Virus record (IMG/VR): IMGVR_UViG_3300045919_000302
Coordinates: 32,001-96,000 of that record
DNA from: a virus
Direction: 5' to 3' (one strand)
DNA length: 64,000 nucleotides
The translations under genes were made by a program, and so were the position numbers. Numbering within the stretch: the first letter of the stretch is position 1; every line of letters starts with the position of its first letter. The notes under the pieces are model-generated. The model made no database searches, was not told the origin of the DNA, and worked only from the letters and a program-made list of their open reading frames with translations. Of this stretch, positions 18,796 to 26,660 are shown piece by piece.

Positions 18796-19734
18796 TTACT
18801 CAGTCCATTCGACGACGACCAGCCCGTCAGACCCAGGGGCTCCGGAACCACCGACTCCGCCGGCTCCACCTGCGCTAAGTCCAGATCCGCCACCGCCACC
18901 ACCGCCGCCGCCACCACCGCCGCGACCGCTTGTGCCAGCCGTGCCGCTCCCGCCGTCCGATCCGGTGACGCCAGTCCCAGAAGCAGAGCCAGCGCCGCCA
19001 CCACCGCCCGCACCGCCAGCTCCGCCCGAAGCGGCGCTCTGACCCATCACAGGATAGGTCTCAGCACTCAGACCCGAAGCCCCGCCTCCGCCCGTTCCGC
19101 CGCCACCGCTGCTTCCGTCGGAGGCCCCCGCGCTAACGCCAGCGATTCCACCGGAGGCCGATACGCCGAAAAAATTGTCCGTCATGGTCGCGCCGGCAGT
19201 CCCGACAGATCCGGCAGCCGACCCGCCCGCACCACCCGCTCCGCCCGCGACTCCGCTTGTAGCAACGCTCGTAACCAGGCCGTAGGACGTGCCGTTGGCC
19301 CCGCCAGCACCAGCCCCGCCGCCACCAGCACCCGTTCCGTCAGAGCCGGCTGCGCCCGTCGCCCCTCCGGTAGCACCTTGGCTGGAAGTCCGACCGAACT
19401 TAACGAGGGTTCCAAAAGAAGAGATCCCGCCTACCCCGCCAGATCCGCCGGGTGTCCCGCCAGAGCCTCCAGCGCCGACCACGATTGCGTAAGTCGTTCC
19501 AGGTGTAACCGCCACGCGAGCGCTGGAAATAGAAGCAGAAGCCCCGCCACCTCCTCCCCCGCCTGCCCCGCCGCCCACGCCGGGCGAGCCCGTAAACCCC
19601 GCGCCACCGGTACCGCCGCCTCCGCCGCCGCCAGCGCCGGGACGACCATAGACCGTAACCTCAACGATCCCGGCTGGGGCGACCCAGTTGTCATTCGCGG
19701 TAAAGACCTTTCGAACGATACGAGGAATCGACAT
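18796..19734 (-). CDS. Glycine-rich virion fibre protein (paralog B)
   Basis: Same architecture: WVAPAG...VTPGTTYAIVVGAGG...GLVVVEW. Confidence 0.75.
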   Translation of the reverse strand: MSIPRIVRKVFTANDNWVAPAGIVEVTVYGRPGAGGGGGGGTGGAGFTGSPGVGGGAGGGGGGGASASISSARVAVTPGTTYAIVVGAGGSGGTPGGSGGVGGISSFGTLVKFGRTSSQGATGGATGAAGSDGTGAGGGGAGAGGANGTSYGLVTSVATSGVAGGAGGAGGSAAGSVGTAGATMTDNFFGVSASGGIAGVSAGASDGSSGGGGTGGGGASGLSAETYPVMGQSAASGGAGGAGGGGGAGSASGTGVTGSDGGSGTAGTSGRGGGGGGGGGGGGSGLSAGGAGGVGGSGAPGSDGLVVVEWTE

Positions 19735-20480
19735 CAGATTACCCACCAGTTGACGAGGTCAGAAACAACTTCCCAAGAACCAAAGTTCGATTGGAGAAGC
19801 TTATCTGCCGCAAGACCCTCAATGTTCTCGCTCGCGAACCGCTTGAGCGTGATGGGATTGGTTTGAGCAAGTCCGGAAATATCCTTGATCCGGAACATCC
19901 ACTTGCCGCTGGCTGGATTTGGAAGGTCCAATTCCTTGGATGTGGTTGTATTAACCAGAAGTAAAAAATGAGATCCGGTCACTGAAAACGGGGTGGAGGA
20001 AACAGTGTCAACGGCTTGGGCTGTGTTCCCAGTTGGGCCGGCAGGCCCGGTAGGACCCGTGGGGCCTTGTGCTCCAGTTGCGCCAGCCGCTCCAGCGGGT
20101 CCTTGCGCTCCAGTTGCGCCAGTCGCTCCGGAAGGCCCAGTGGAGCCTGTGGCTCCGGTCGCTCCGGTTGCCCCGGTAGGTCCACGCTCACCAACCGCAG
20201 AAGAGAACGTCTGCTTTCCGTGGGAATCCTCCCCTTCGATTCGAACGCTCGCAGCCTGAATGACCAGTTCATTTTCTTTGAACGGGTACAGTTCTCCCAC
20301 GATCGCGATCTTCCCGGAGAGAGCCATGCCATCGAGAAGCTTTCGTGTCCCGAGATACTCCTCATCAGCGATGTCTGCTGAAGCGAAACCAAGAATTTGA
20401 ATCGTCCGCACCGCAAGCGTAACGCTATGGGTGAGGCGAATGGTCAACGGATTAACCGTGATATTTCCAACCTTATGCAT
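19734..20480 (-). CDS. Collagen-like (Gly-X-Y) virion fibre protein
   Basis: About 18 GXY triplets; N-terminal domain shared with 20489..21283. Confidence 0.8.
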   Translation of the reverse strand: MHKVGNITVNPLTIRLTHSVTLAVRTIQILGFASADIADEEYLGTRKLLDGMALSGKIAIVGELYPFKENELVIQAASVRIEGEDSHGKQTFSSAVGERGPTGATGATGATGSTGPSGATGATGAQGPAGAAGATGAQGPTGPTGPAGPTGNTAQAVDTVSSTPFSVTGSHFLLLVNTTTSKELDLPNPASGKWMFRIKDISGLAQTNPITLKRFASENIEGLAADKLLQSNFGSWEVVSDLVNWWVI

Positions 20481-20488
20481 TCTCTACC

Positions 20489-21283
20489 TCAGACCAAAGC
20501 GGCGGTGAATACCTGATTCGTTCCCTGGACTTTCAGAGTGTACCCTTCGGCGACTCCGTTCGATGTCAGCGTAACCCACGAGCGACCACCAGCAATCGAA
20601 CTCAGAAGCGTCCCGCCCTGGCCCCCAGCGATGGTGATAATGTTTTGCGCATGGCTCAGGTTGGCCTGCGCCCAAGCATTGACCGCCGTGGCGAAGTCCG
20701 CGAGGGTCGCGGATCCGGAATAGCCGTAAGTCAGGCCATCGGTTTGATGATGAACACCTGCGGTTGCGTTGTCGGCAAATCCGACGGCATACCCGCTGAC
20801 CGCCGCAAAAGACAGAAGATCATTCGCGCTGAGCGTGATTGCGGAGACGGAGATCGCGCCAGCAGAACCGGTGAGCTGGGTCGCGGCTACCGCAGGGGTG
20901 CGAAGGATCCAAGCGTCATTAAGAGCCGGAGAGCCTGGATCCGAGGTCACAATGGGAAGCGCGGCAGGGCCGCCTTTCACTCCACCAGCATCGAGACTCA
21001 CTGGGGAGGTTTGCGCTCCGTGGGTGTCGGTCGAAAGAATGCGAATGCCGGCGGCCTCGATGATCTGCTGATTTTCCATCAGGGGATACAGAGTTCCAGT
21101 GACAGAGAGCTGGCCTGCTTGGGCCATGCCGTCGATCAGCCTGTGCGTGCCGATGTACTCCTCGTCAGCGATGTCCACGCTGGCATATTGGCCGATATGA
21201 ACCACGCGGGTCGAGAGCGTCACGCTGTGGCGAAGAGTGATGGAAACGACCGGACCCGCTACGATATTCTCCAAACGAATCAT
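20489..21283 (-). CDS. Putative virion decoration/fibre protein
   Basis: N-terminal HSVTL...DIADEEYxGT...DGMA domain paralogous to the collagen protein. Confidence 0.65.
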   Translation of the reverse strand: MIRLENIVAGPVVSITLRHSVTLSTRVVHIGQYASVDIADEEYIGTHRLIDGMAQAGQLSVTGTLYPLMENQQIIEAAGIRILSTDTHGAQTSPVSLDAGGVKGGPAALPIVTSDPGSPALNDAWILRTPAVAATQLTGSAGAISVSAITLSANDLLSFAAVSGYAVGFADNATAGVHHQTDGLTYGYSGSATLADFATAVNAWAQANLSHAQNIITIAGGQGGTLLSSIAGGRSWVTLTSNGVAEGYTLKVQGTNQVFTAALV

Positions 21284-21386
21284 GAATCCCCCAGAAAGAT
21301 TGCGCGACGACGCAAAGGTTCAAAGCCTGTTTCTTTGACAGTAAGGGGAGGTGTCGAGCGCCGCAATGAAATTGACATTTTGTAAT

Positions 21387-21463
21387 TGGAGGGGAGGAAG
21401 GGAGTTGAACCCTCCTGAAGGGGATTTAGAATCACCCCGCCTAAACCGCTCGGCCACCTCCCC
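21387..21463 (-). tRNA. tRNA with CUA anticodon (amber suppressor candidate)
   Basis: GGGGAGG/CCTCCCC acceptor, U73, encoded CCA, D arm GCC-GAGCGGTTTA-GGC, loop TT-CTA-AA (anticodon 21427-21429), T arm GAGGG-TTCAACT-CCCTT. Confidence 0.85.
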
Positions 21464-21470
21464 GCCAAAC

Positions 21471-21770
21471 TTACATCAGGGGAAGATCAGACAAAATCTG
21501 ATCGACCTTTTTGTTCGCAAGGACCGCAAAGGCTGTCAAGGATCCTCCGAGATCCGGTTCGCAAAACCGGGCCGATATCTCCCAGAGGACTTTCTTACTG
21601 TATTCCTCAAGGACTTGGATATTCGGGACCTTCAATAAAACGATCGTCTCGTTATACCAAAGCCGGTGCCAGTCCTCGTCCTTCGCCCACTCCGCTACCG
21701 CATGACATGCCTGCGCTGCCATTGACGACCTCTTCAAGTCCGACCTGACCACCACGTAAAGCTTGCTCAT
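21471..21770 (-). CDS. Pth2-type peptidyl-tRNA hydrolase
   Basis: KLYVVVRSDL...AAQACHA...TIVLLKV...FCEPDLGGSLTA...LPL. Confidence 0.8.
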   Translation of the reverse strand: MSKLYVVVRSDLKRSSMAAQACHAVAEWAKDEDWHRLWYNETIVLLKVPNIQVLEEYSKKVLWEISARFCEPDLGGSLTAFAVLANKKVDQILSDLPLM

Positions 21771-22050
21771 GTTTTTCCTTCAAGAGATCAATCGTTGCCT
21801 GGACCGCGCTCGCGTCGTGTTCGTTGCCGGGTCGAGGTCTCTCGATCTGATCAATCGTCCGGCCGCGCAACGTGCTTCGGGCGATGTGCTTGTGACGGAA
21901 CTCCCAGCAGTCCCTGGAGAGCTTCGCAACGAGCTTCCATGTGTCTCCGCCCTTACCGCGCTGGGCGTCTTTGAATTGTTTTCTGGTTTCTCGGATCTCG
22001 TGTGCCAGACGTTTGAGATCCTGCTTGAGTTCGTAGATGACTGATTTCAT
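21652..22050 (-). CDS. Conserved phage protein upstream of Pth2
   Basis: LKRLAHEIRETR...FRHKHIARSTLRGRTIDQIE; AGGAG RBS; overlaps Pth2 gene by 119 nt. Confidence 0.7.
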   Translation of the reverse strand: MKSVIYELKQDLKRLAHEIRETRKQFKDAQRGKGGDTWKLVAKLSRDCWEFRHKHIARSTLRGRTIDQIERPRPGNEHDASAVQATIDLLKEKHEQALRGGQVGLEEVVNGSAGMSCGSGVGEGRGLAPALV

Positions 22051-22173
22051 TAATTGCTCCTAAGCGATTCGCAGTTTGCGAATTGAAATGTGTTTCATGT
22101 TTACGCCGTTCACTTTTCAGTGAACGTTTACCGGATCTGAAACACACGCTTAGGGCGGCTTAAAAACCTACAT
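22051..22173 (-). promoter_or_regulatory. Leader with two amber-containing micro-ORFs and a hairpin
   Basis: ATG TAG GTT TTT AAG CCG CCC TAA (22173-22150); hairpin CGTTCAC/GTGAACG; MKHISIRKLRIA-TAG (22098-22060) in frame with the ATG at 22050. Confidence 0.6.
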
Positions 22174-22182
22174 AACTTTACC

Positions 22183-22494
22183 CTACCCGTTCGTATCAGC
22201 GGGGCCAACCGGAATCGAAGTCGTGTCAACCGCATTGGCCAACTGACTATCCAGGTCGAACATTGCCAGGAAGGCGATGGCACGACCATTGGCGGCCTCA
22301 GCCGGAGCCACGCCGGTCAGCGCTCCCCGTCCGCCCTGGTTGTCGTCGAGGCTACAGAGGGCGTGCGTAAGCGCCATCAGTATTTTCGATTCCAGGAATG
22401 CGAGCCACTGGTCGTCATCTTTGAAGTGACCCCTGGCTTCATACAGGATCCCGATTGCCGACTTCCCTTTAAAATTCAAACTCGCATTGGTCAT
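22183..22494 (-). CDS. Hypothetical protein (paralog of 22537..22767)
   Basis: FKGKSAIGILYEA...DQWLAFLE. Confidence 0.6.
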   Translation of the reverse strand: MTNASLNFKGKSAIGILYEARGHFKDDDQWLAFLESKILMALTHALCSLDDNQGGRGALTGVAPAEAANGRAIAFLAMFDLDSQLANAVDTTSIPVGPADTNG

Positions 22495-22536
22495 GGTAAT
22501 CCCCTTACCTCAAAGATGACGACAGATCAGGCCATG

Positions 22537-22767
22537 TCAATCTGGAAGCGGGGCGAGCGAGTCCGGATCCATACTGAGCAGCTCGAATCCAGCCAGAAAA
22601 GCGAAGGAGGTATGATTTTCGCGATCAAACCAAGCCGTAGTCAGGGCAACCACCATCATTTCCTCCAGAAAAAGCAACCACTGATCACCATTAAGCCTGG
22701 CCTTGGCTTCTTTAAATATCTGAACCGGGGTTTTGCCTTCAAAGCTTACTACATGATTAGTTTCCAT
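22537..22767 (-). CDS. Hypothetical protein (paralog of 22183..22494)
   Basis: FEGKTPVQIFKEA...DQWLLFLE; AAGGAG RBS. Confidence 0.6.
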   Translation of the reverse strand: METNHVVSFEGKTPVQIFKEAKARLNGDQWLLFLEEMMVVALTTAWFDRENHTSFAFLAGFELLSMDPDSLAPLPD

Positions 22768-22784
22768 ATTATCTCCTTTTACTG

Positions 22785-23105
22785 TCAACCAAAGCGATAC
22801 AGCTTTCTTTTCCGCCAAAGAGTGGAGAGATTAATCCCCAAAATTTCGGCAGCCTCTTCCATGGTTCCTGTTTGATTCAAGATGCTCTTGATGTGGTCGC
22901 GCTCGATCTCAGCTAGGGTTCGCAAGTCGCCCTTAGACAGAATGGACGATCCGGCCTCAGCCTGATTGACGATAGTCATGGCCACACGCTCACATGCGTA
23001 TGCAACTATAAGATCATCAGTGTTACTCAGCTTCTTGGTGCGCCTGGACCAATCCACCAGCCAACGAGCGTCATTAACCAATAGTTCTTCCGCAAAGTCT
23101 TTCAT
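22785..23105 (-). CDS. Fis-type HTH DNA-binding protein
   Basis: TLAEIERDHI...AAEILGINLSTLWRK. Confidence 0.8.
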   Translation of the reverse strand: MKDFAEELLVNDARWLVDWSRRTKKLSNTDDLIVAYACERVAMTIVNQAEAGSSILSKGDLRTLAEIERDHIKSILNQTGTMEEAAEILGINLSTLWRKRKLYRFG

Positions 23106-23425
23106 TCCGGCACTGCATCAATCCGACGGTCAGTCCGAAGCACCTTTCGCTCGATGGCCTCGTCTACGGCCTTCGCTCCGTAATAGAGGCGCATCTGCCG
23201 GAGCATGATCGTGGCGTCTGCAATCTCCTCGACCGTGACGTCGAAGCTCCCGCTGTTCTTAGGATTGTAATTCTCAACGGCATCCTTGGCGAGTCGGGCT
23301 GTGCATTCGCTCAACTCCTCGATAGCTTTGATCCGCTGAGTTATCGCACCGAAGTGCTGCATGAACTTGCCTGCGTAGGCATCCAGAGCAAACGTGCTCG
23401 ACGCCATTCCGCATGAAGTTTCCAT
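23102..23425 (-). CDS. MazG-like NTP pyrophosphohydrolase
   Basis: KAIEELSE...EEIADATIMLRQ. Confidence 0.7.
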   Translation of the reverse strand: METSCGMASSTFALDAYAGKFMQHFGAITQRIKAIEELSECTARLAKDAVENYNPKNSGSFDVTVEEIADATIMLRQMRLYYGAKAVDEAIERKVLRTDRRIDAVPE

Positions 23426-23835
23426 TACCGCCTCCTTCTGAAGAAGAACTCAATCTCAGAACAGATCCAGAGACCAATGATAACCAGGGCAATTAAAAAC
23501 ACCAGTTCTGCGAAGAACGTCAGCTTATCCAGGTTGCTCACTTCCATCTGGCTCTTCGTCAGCCATCCAAACCATTGCATGACGTCACCCCTGGTTCATA
23601 GATTCGTCGAGGAAGCGCGGCTTGTCCTGGCGGTGAGTCGGGACGTGTACGCGCATCTGTTCAAGGAATATTTTTACAATCTGGTCCTTGGCCATGAATG
23701 GGCTCGGGATCTCCTCTCCGTCCTCATCGTACTTCGGGTTCGACTTCGGGCTGAAGTAGAGGGCCTTTAGCTCTTCGTACCGCTTCACGAACGCATCATA
23801 GTCAACTTGCTGGGCCATGGGGTCTCCTTACGTTG

Positions 23836-23868
23836 TACGGCTGCCGCGATCCTGGCGGCCGTAGGTTA
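23836..23868. repeat. Dispersed hairpin element, copy 2
   Basis: TACGGCTGCCGCGATCCTGGCGGCCGTAGGTTA, abutting a minus-strand TAA stop. Confidence 0.6.
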
Positions 23869-24178
23869 TCCAACTTTCTGCTCATCCATCAGGTGAACGA
23901 TTGCCTGGATCGGTTCAGCCAGCTCAGGAATGTTATGTGATGTCACTGCCAGAAACTCTGCAACCTCATCGGCCAGCTCGAATTTTCCATGAACTCGACC
24001 CATGCAAAATGAAACGATCATCCCCAGAACAAAAATAAATACGCTCATAGAATCCTCAAGGTGCAGCTCGTGATGAGCAGACAGACACAGATCGTAATCG
24101 TCGCATCGATCGGATCTCTGATGAACCACTTCCAAGTGGAGTCCATGATCTCTGCAATCACTTCGAAAAAAGTTTCCA

Positions 24179-24658
24179 CTACTTTCCCATCCTAAACCCC
24201 CAGGGAAATCCGCCGGCCAAAATATTCTCCAAGTGTTGCTTGTGACCGTCATCCATGAAGGATCCCTTTTCGAGCATCTCCCTCGCCTGGGCGGTCAGCC
24301 AGTCGGCCACGTCTTTTGGAATCTCCATCACCATCGGTTCGTTCGCCGGGTGCAGAAGGCCGGCCCAGGACCAGAGCTTGGCTGGGCCCTCCATCTTTGC
24401 CCACTTCCGGATGAAGAGCGTTAAGACTTTCTGGGCCTGCGCTGAGGTCAGGCCGCCTTCAGGATATCGATTCATCACCGAGATCGTAGCGAGCGCCCCG
24501 GCCGTCACCGCATGGGCCACCGTGTTCATATCGTGGGAGTAGTCGAGCATCAGGTGGTGGATCAGGCCCATCAGCCCTTCTGGCGTCTGCATCTTCTGCG
24601 CGGCCAGGTACCACTCATCCTGCACGTTCATCTCTTCTGAGATGTATTTCTTTTCCAT
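24179..24658 (-). CDS. Hypothetical phage protein
   Basis: YSHDMNTVAHA motif; GAGGA RBS. Confidence 0.6.
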   Translation of the reverse strand: MEKKYISEEMNVQDEWYLAAQKMQTPEGLMGLIHHLMLDYSHDMNTVAHAVTAGALATISVMNRYPEGGLTSAQAQKVLTLFIRKWAKMEGPAKLWSWAGLLHPANEPMVMEIPKDVADWLTAQAREMLEKGSFMDDGHKQHLENILAGGFPWGFRMGK

Positions 24659-24710
24659 GCAATCCTCAGTTGTTTTTTGCAACGCTACTTCTCGTAAGAC
24701 GTTTTGTAAA

Positions 24711-24917
24711 CTACTTCTTGAAACTTCCGGATCCACGGGGCCGGGTCGAGGCTCCATTGCCGCCGCTGATGAAGTAGCCCGCGTGCGCAGAGATCGACTT
24801 CTTCACTTCCGCTCCGCACTCGGGGCAGGACTCAAGGGGCTTGTCCAGATCCGCGAGCTTCACGTCCCGCTCGAACTGGTGGTTGTTGCTGCATTCATAA
24901 TCGTATCGGGGGCACAT
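24711..24917 (-). CDS. FmdB-family zinc-ribbon protein
   Basis: PRYDYEC...HQFE...CPECG. Confidence 0.75.
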   Translation of the reverse strand: MCPRYDYECSNNHQFERDVKLADLDKPLESCPECGAEVKKSISAHAGYFISGGNGASTRPRGSGSFKK

Positions 24918-24993
24918 TCAGTTCTCTCCTAGAAACAAAACCAATATCCACAATTCTCGTCAGGACACCTCTCCCCGCCGCCGGGCGGGTAGA

Positions 24994-25398
24994 TTAATTT
25001 TTTTCCGCACTTTGGACATCCATCCATGCTCGTACCTTTCTTTTCGTATCGTTGATCGAAAGCGGGGAGATGTCCTTGTGATCTAACTCGTGAATCCCCC
25101 CAGCGAAGATCTGATAAACTTTCCCACCATTCTCGATCATGGTGTCGATCTCTTTCCAGACGCCCATACCCCAGGTTCCGTCCGGGAACGGAGCGGCCAC
25201 CAGGGCTTCGCACTCGCAGACCAGTTCCTCGAAGTACGACATCCCCTGGAGCGCATAGGCTTCCTTGTGGTCCTCACCGTTGGGGTTGACGACATGCGAA
25301 CCAGGGAATGCCTTGTGGATCAGACTTACGAACTCACCTTCACGTTCGGTGTCGTAATCGCTGACGGGGTGGGCAAAGTAGATCCTGTTGATCTTCAT
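24994..25398 (-). CDS. Nucleoside 2-deoxyribosyltransferase-like protein
   Basis: IYFAHP...VVNPN...GMGVWKE. Confidence 0.55.
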   Translation of the reverse strand: MKINRIYFAHPVSDYDTEREGEFVSLIHKAFPGSHVVNPNGEDHKEAYALQGMSYFEELVCECEALVAAPFPDGTWGMGVWKEIDTMIENGGKVYQIFAGGIHELDHKDISPLSINDTKRKVRAWMDVQSAEKN

Positions 25399-25770
25399 GG
25401 TGACCTCATAAGGTGGAGAAGGGGCGAGCTATGGGAGTCAGCCACCGCAGCCATCTCGGCAACGCCTTATGGTAAAGGCAATCGTTATCCTTATTCAGCT
25501 CCGACGGATGACCGAAGACTTTCCGGGGACTAGCGCTGAGGATGAACCTCAGATGCGACAACAGAAATTGACACCCGGCCTCATCCCGTTCCATCTGTGG
25601 GAACACGGCAGTATTGAACCGCGCGACACTATCTCGGACCGGATAGTTGTTTGCTTTTTGAAAGTCGGTCAACTCGTCTGGAGCTAGACCCGGATTCGGG
25701 ACGTTGCATTGATCAGCTCCCGTGATGTACCAGCGGAGACAGTCGCGACAGTGTTTCTTTTCTTGGCAGC

Positions 25771-26421
25771 TCATTCTCCACCTCCGCCGCCAGAATCACC
25801 GCCAGAGTCTCCGCCGCTCGACCCGGAGTCGCTCGAAGACGAACTCGTATCCATGGAGCCGCCTGTATCCACGCTCGCTGCCTCAGCGGCCGGCGCTTCG
25901 GGCTCAGGGCCTTCATTGCGAGCGTCGGCCGGCACATCCCCGGGGTTCCGCTCGGCCTCTGACGCCGCACCCTCCTGGGCTTCGGCCATCCGGGCTTCCT
26001 CTTCGATCTGCTCTTGGGTGAGGGGGATGCCATTGTCCATGCTCTCGGGGATATCCACACGAGCTTCATCCTGAACTCGGTCCTGTGACGGGGCCAAGCT
26101 GCTCTTGGTCCAGCTTCCTCCGGGCGGGAGAGAGGATCCATAGCTGGTGTAATAATTCGTGGTGGCCGGGTTCATTTGTCCAGGACTGAAAAGCCAATAG
26201 TAATACCACCAGTCTCCTGTCGTATCGCGATAGGCGTAGCCCCCCTTGCATTGATCTCCGCCACACTCGGGGCGAAGCTTCTTCACCTGAAGCGACTGGG
26301 TGACTACCTGATGCTTGCGGCTCGGTTTATGGATGACTCCAAGTCCAAAGAGGACGACGATACCCAGAAGCACCAGCATGAACCCAACCAGGAACTCTGC
26401 CTGACCCTTATTATTACGCAT
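25771..26421 (-). CDS. Membrane-anchored protein with acidic Ser/Gly tail
   Basis: N-terminal TM helix, WWYYYW, C-terminal SSSSDSGSSGGDSGG. Confidence 0.65.
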   Translation of the reverse strand: MRNNKGQAEFLVGFMLVLLGIVVLFGLGVIHKPSRKHQVVTQSLQVKKLRPECGGDQCKGGYAYRDTTGDWWYYYWLFSPGQMNPATTNYYTSYGSSLPPGGSWTKSSLAPSQDRVQDEARVDIPESMDNGIPLTQEQIEEEARMAEAQEGAASEAERNPGDVPADARNEGPEPEAPAAEAASVDTGGSMDTSSSSSDSGSSGGDSGGDSGGGGGE

Positions 26422-26660
26422 GTGTTTTCTCCTTGTGCGTATGCGACGGATGAGTGATCCGCCAAATGAGCGCCATGGCCAGGGTCGATCCCAGGCACAT
26501 CGCGTGAATCGCCACCCGTCTGTGCGTACCTCATGACTTCTTCTCCCTCTTGCGCTTGGCGTGCTCGATCAGCTCTTTCGTCCACTCCTTGCCGACCTTC
26601 TTCAGTTCGCGCTCGGAGTACTTCGAAACGCAGAAGCCCTCGCGCTCGTTGAACAGAAAG

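Noticed and set aside
17834-19866. Ala/Thr/Pro-rich plus-strand ORFs and GCC repeats as a separate repeat element
   Set aside because: They are the reverse complement of the poly-Gly codons in the fibre genes
21387-21463. tRNA-Pyl
   Set aside because: Large D loop, canonical TTC T loop and U73 do not fit tRNA-Pyl; no pyl genes seen
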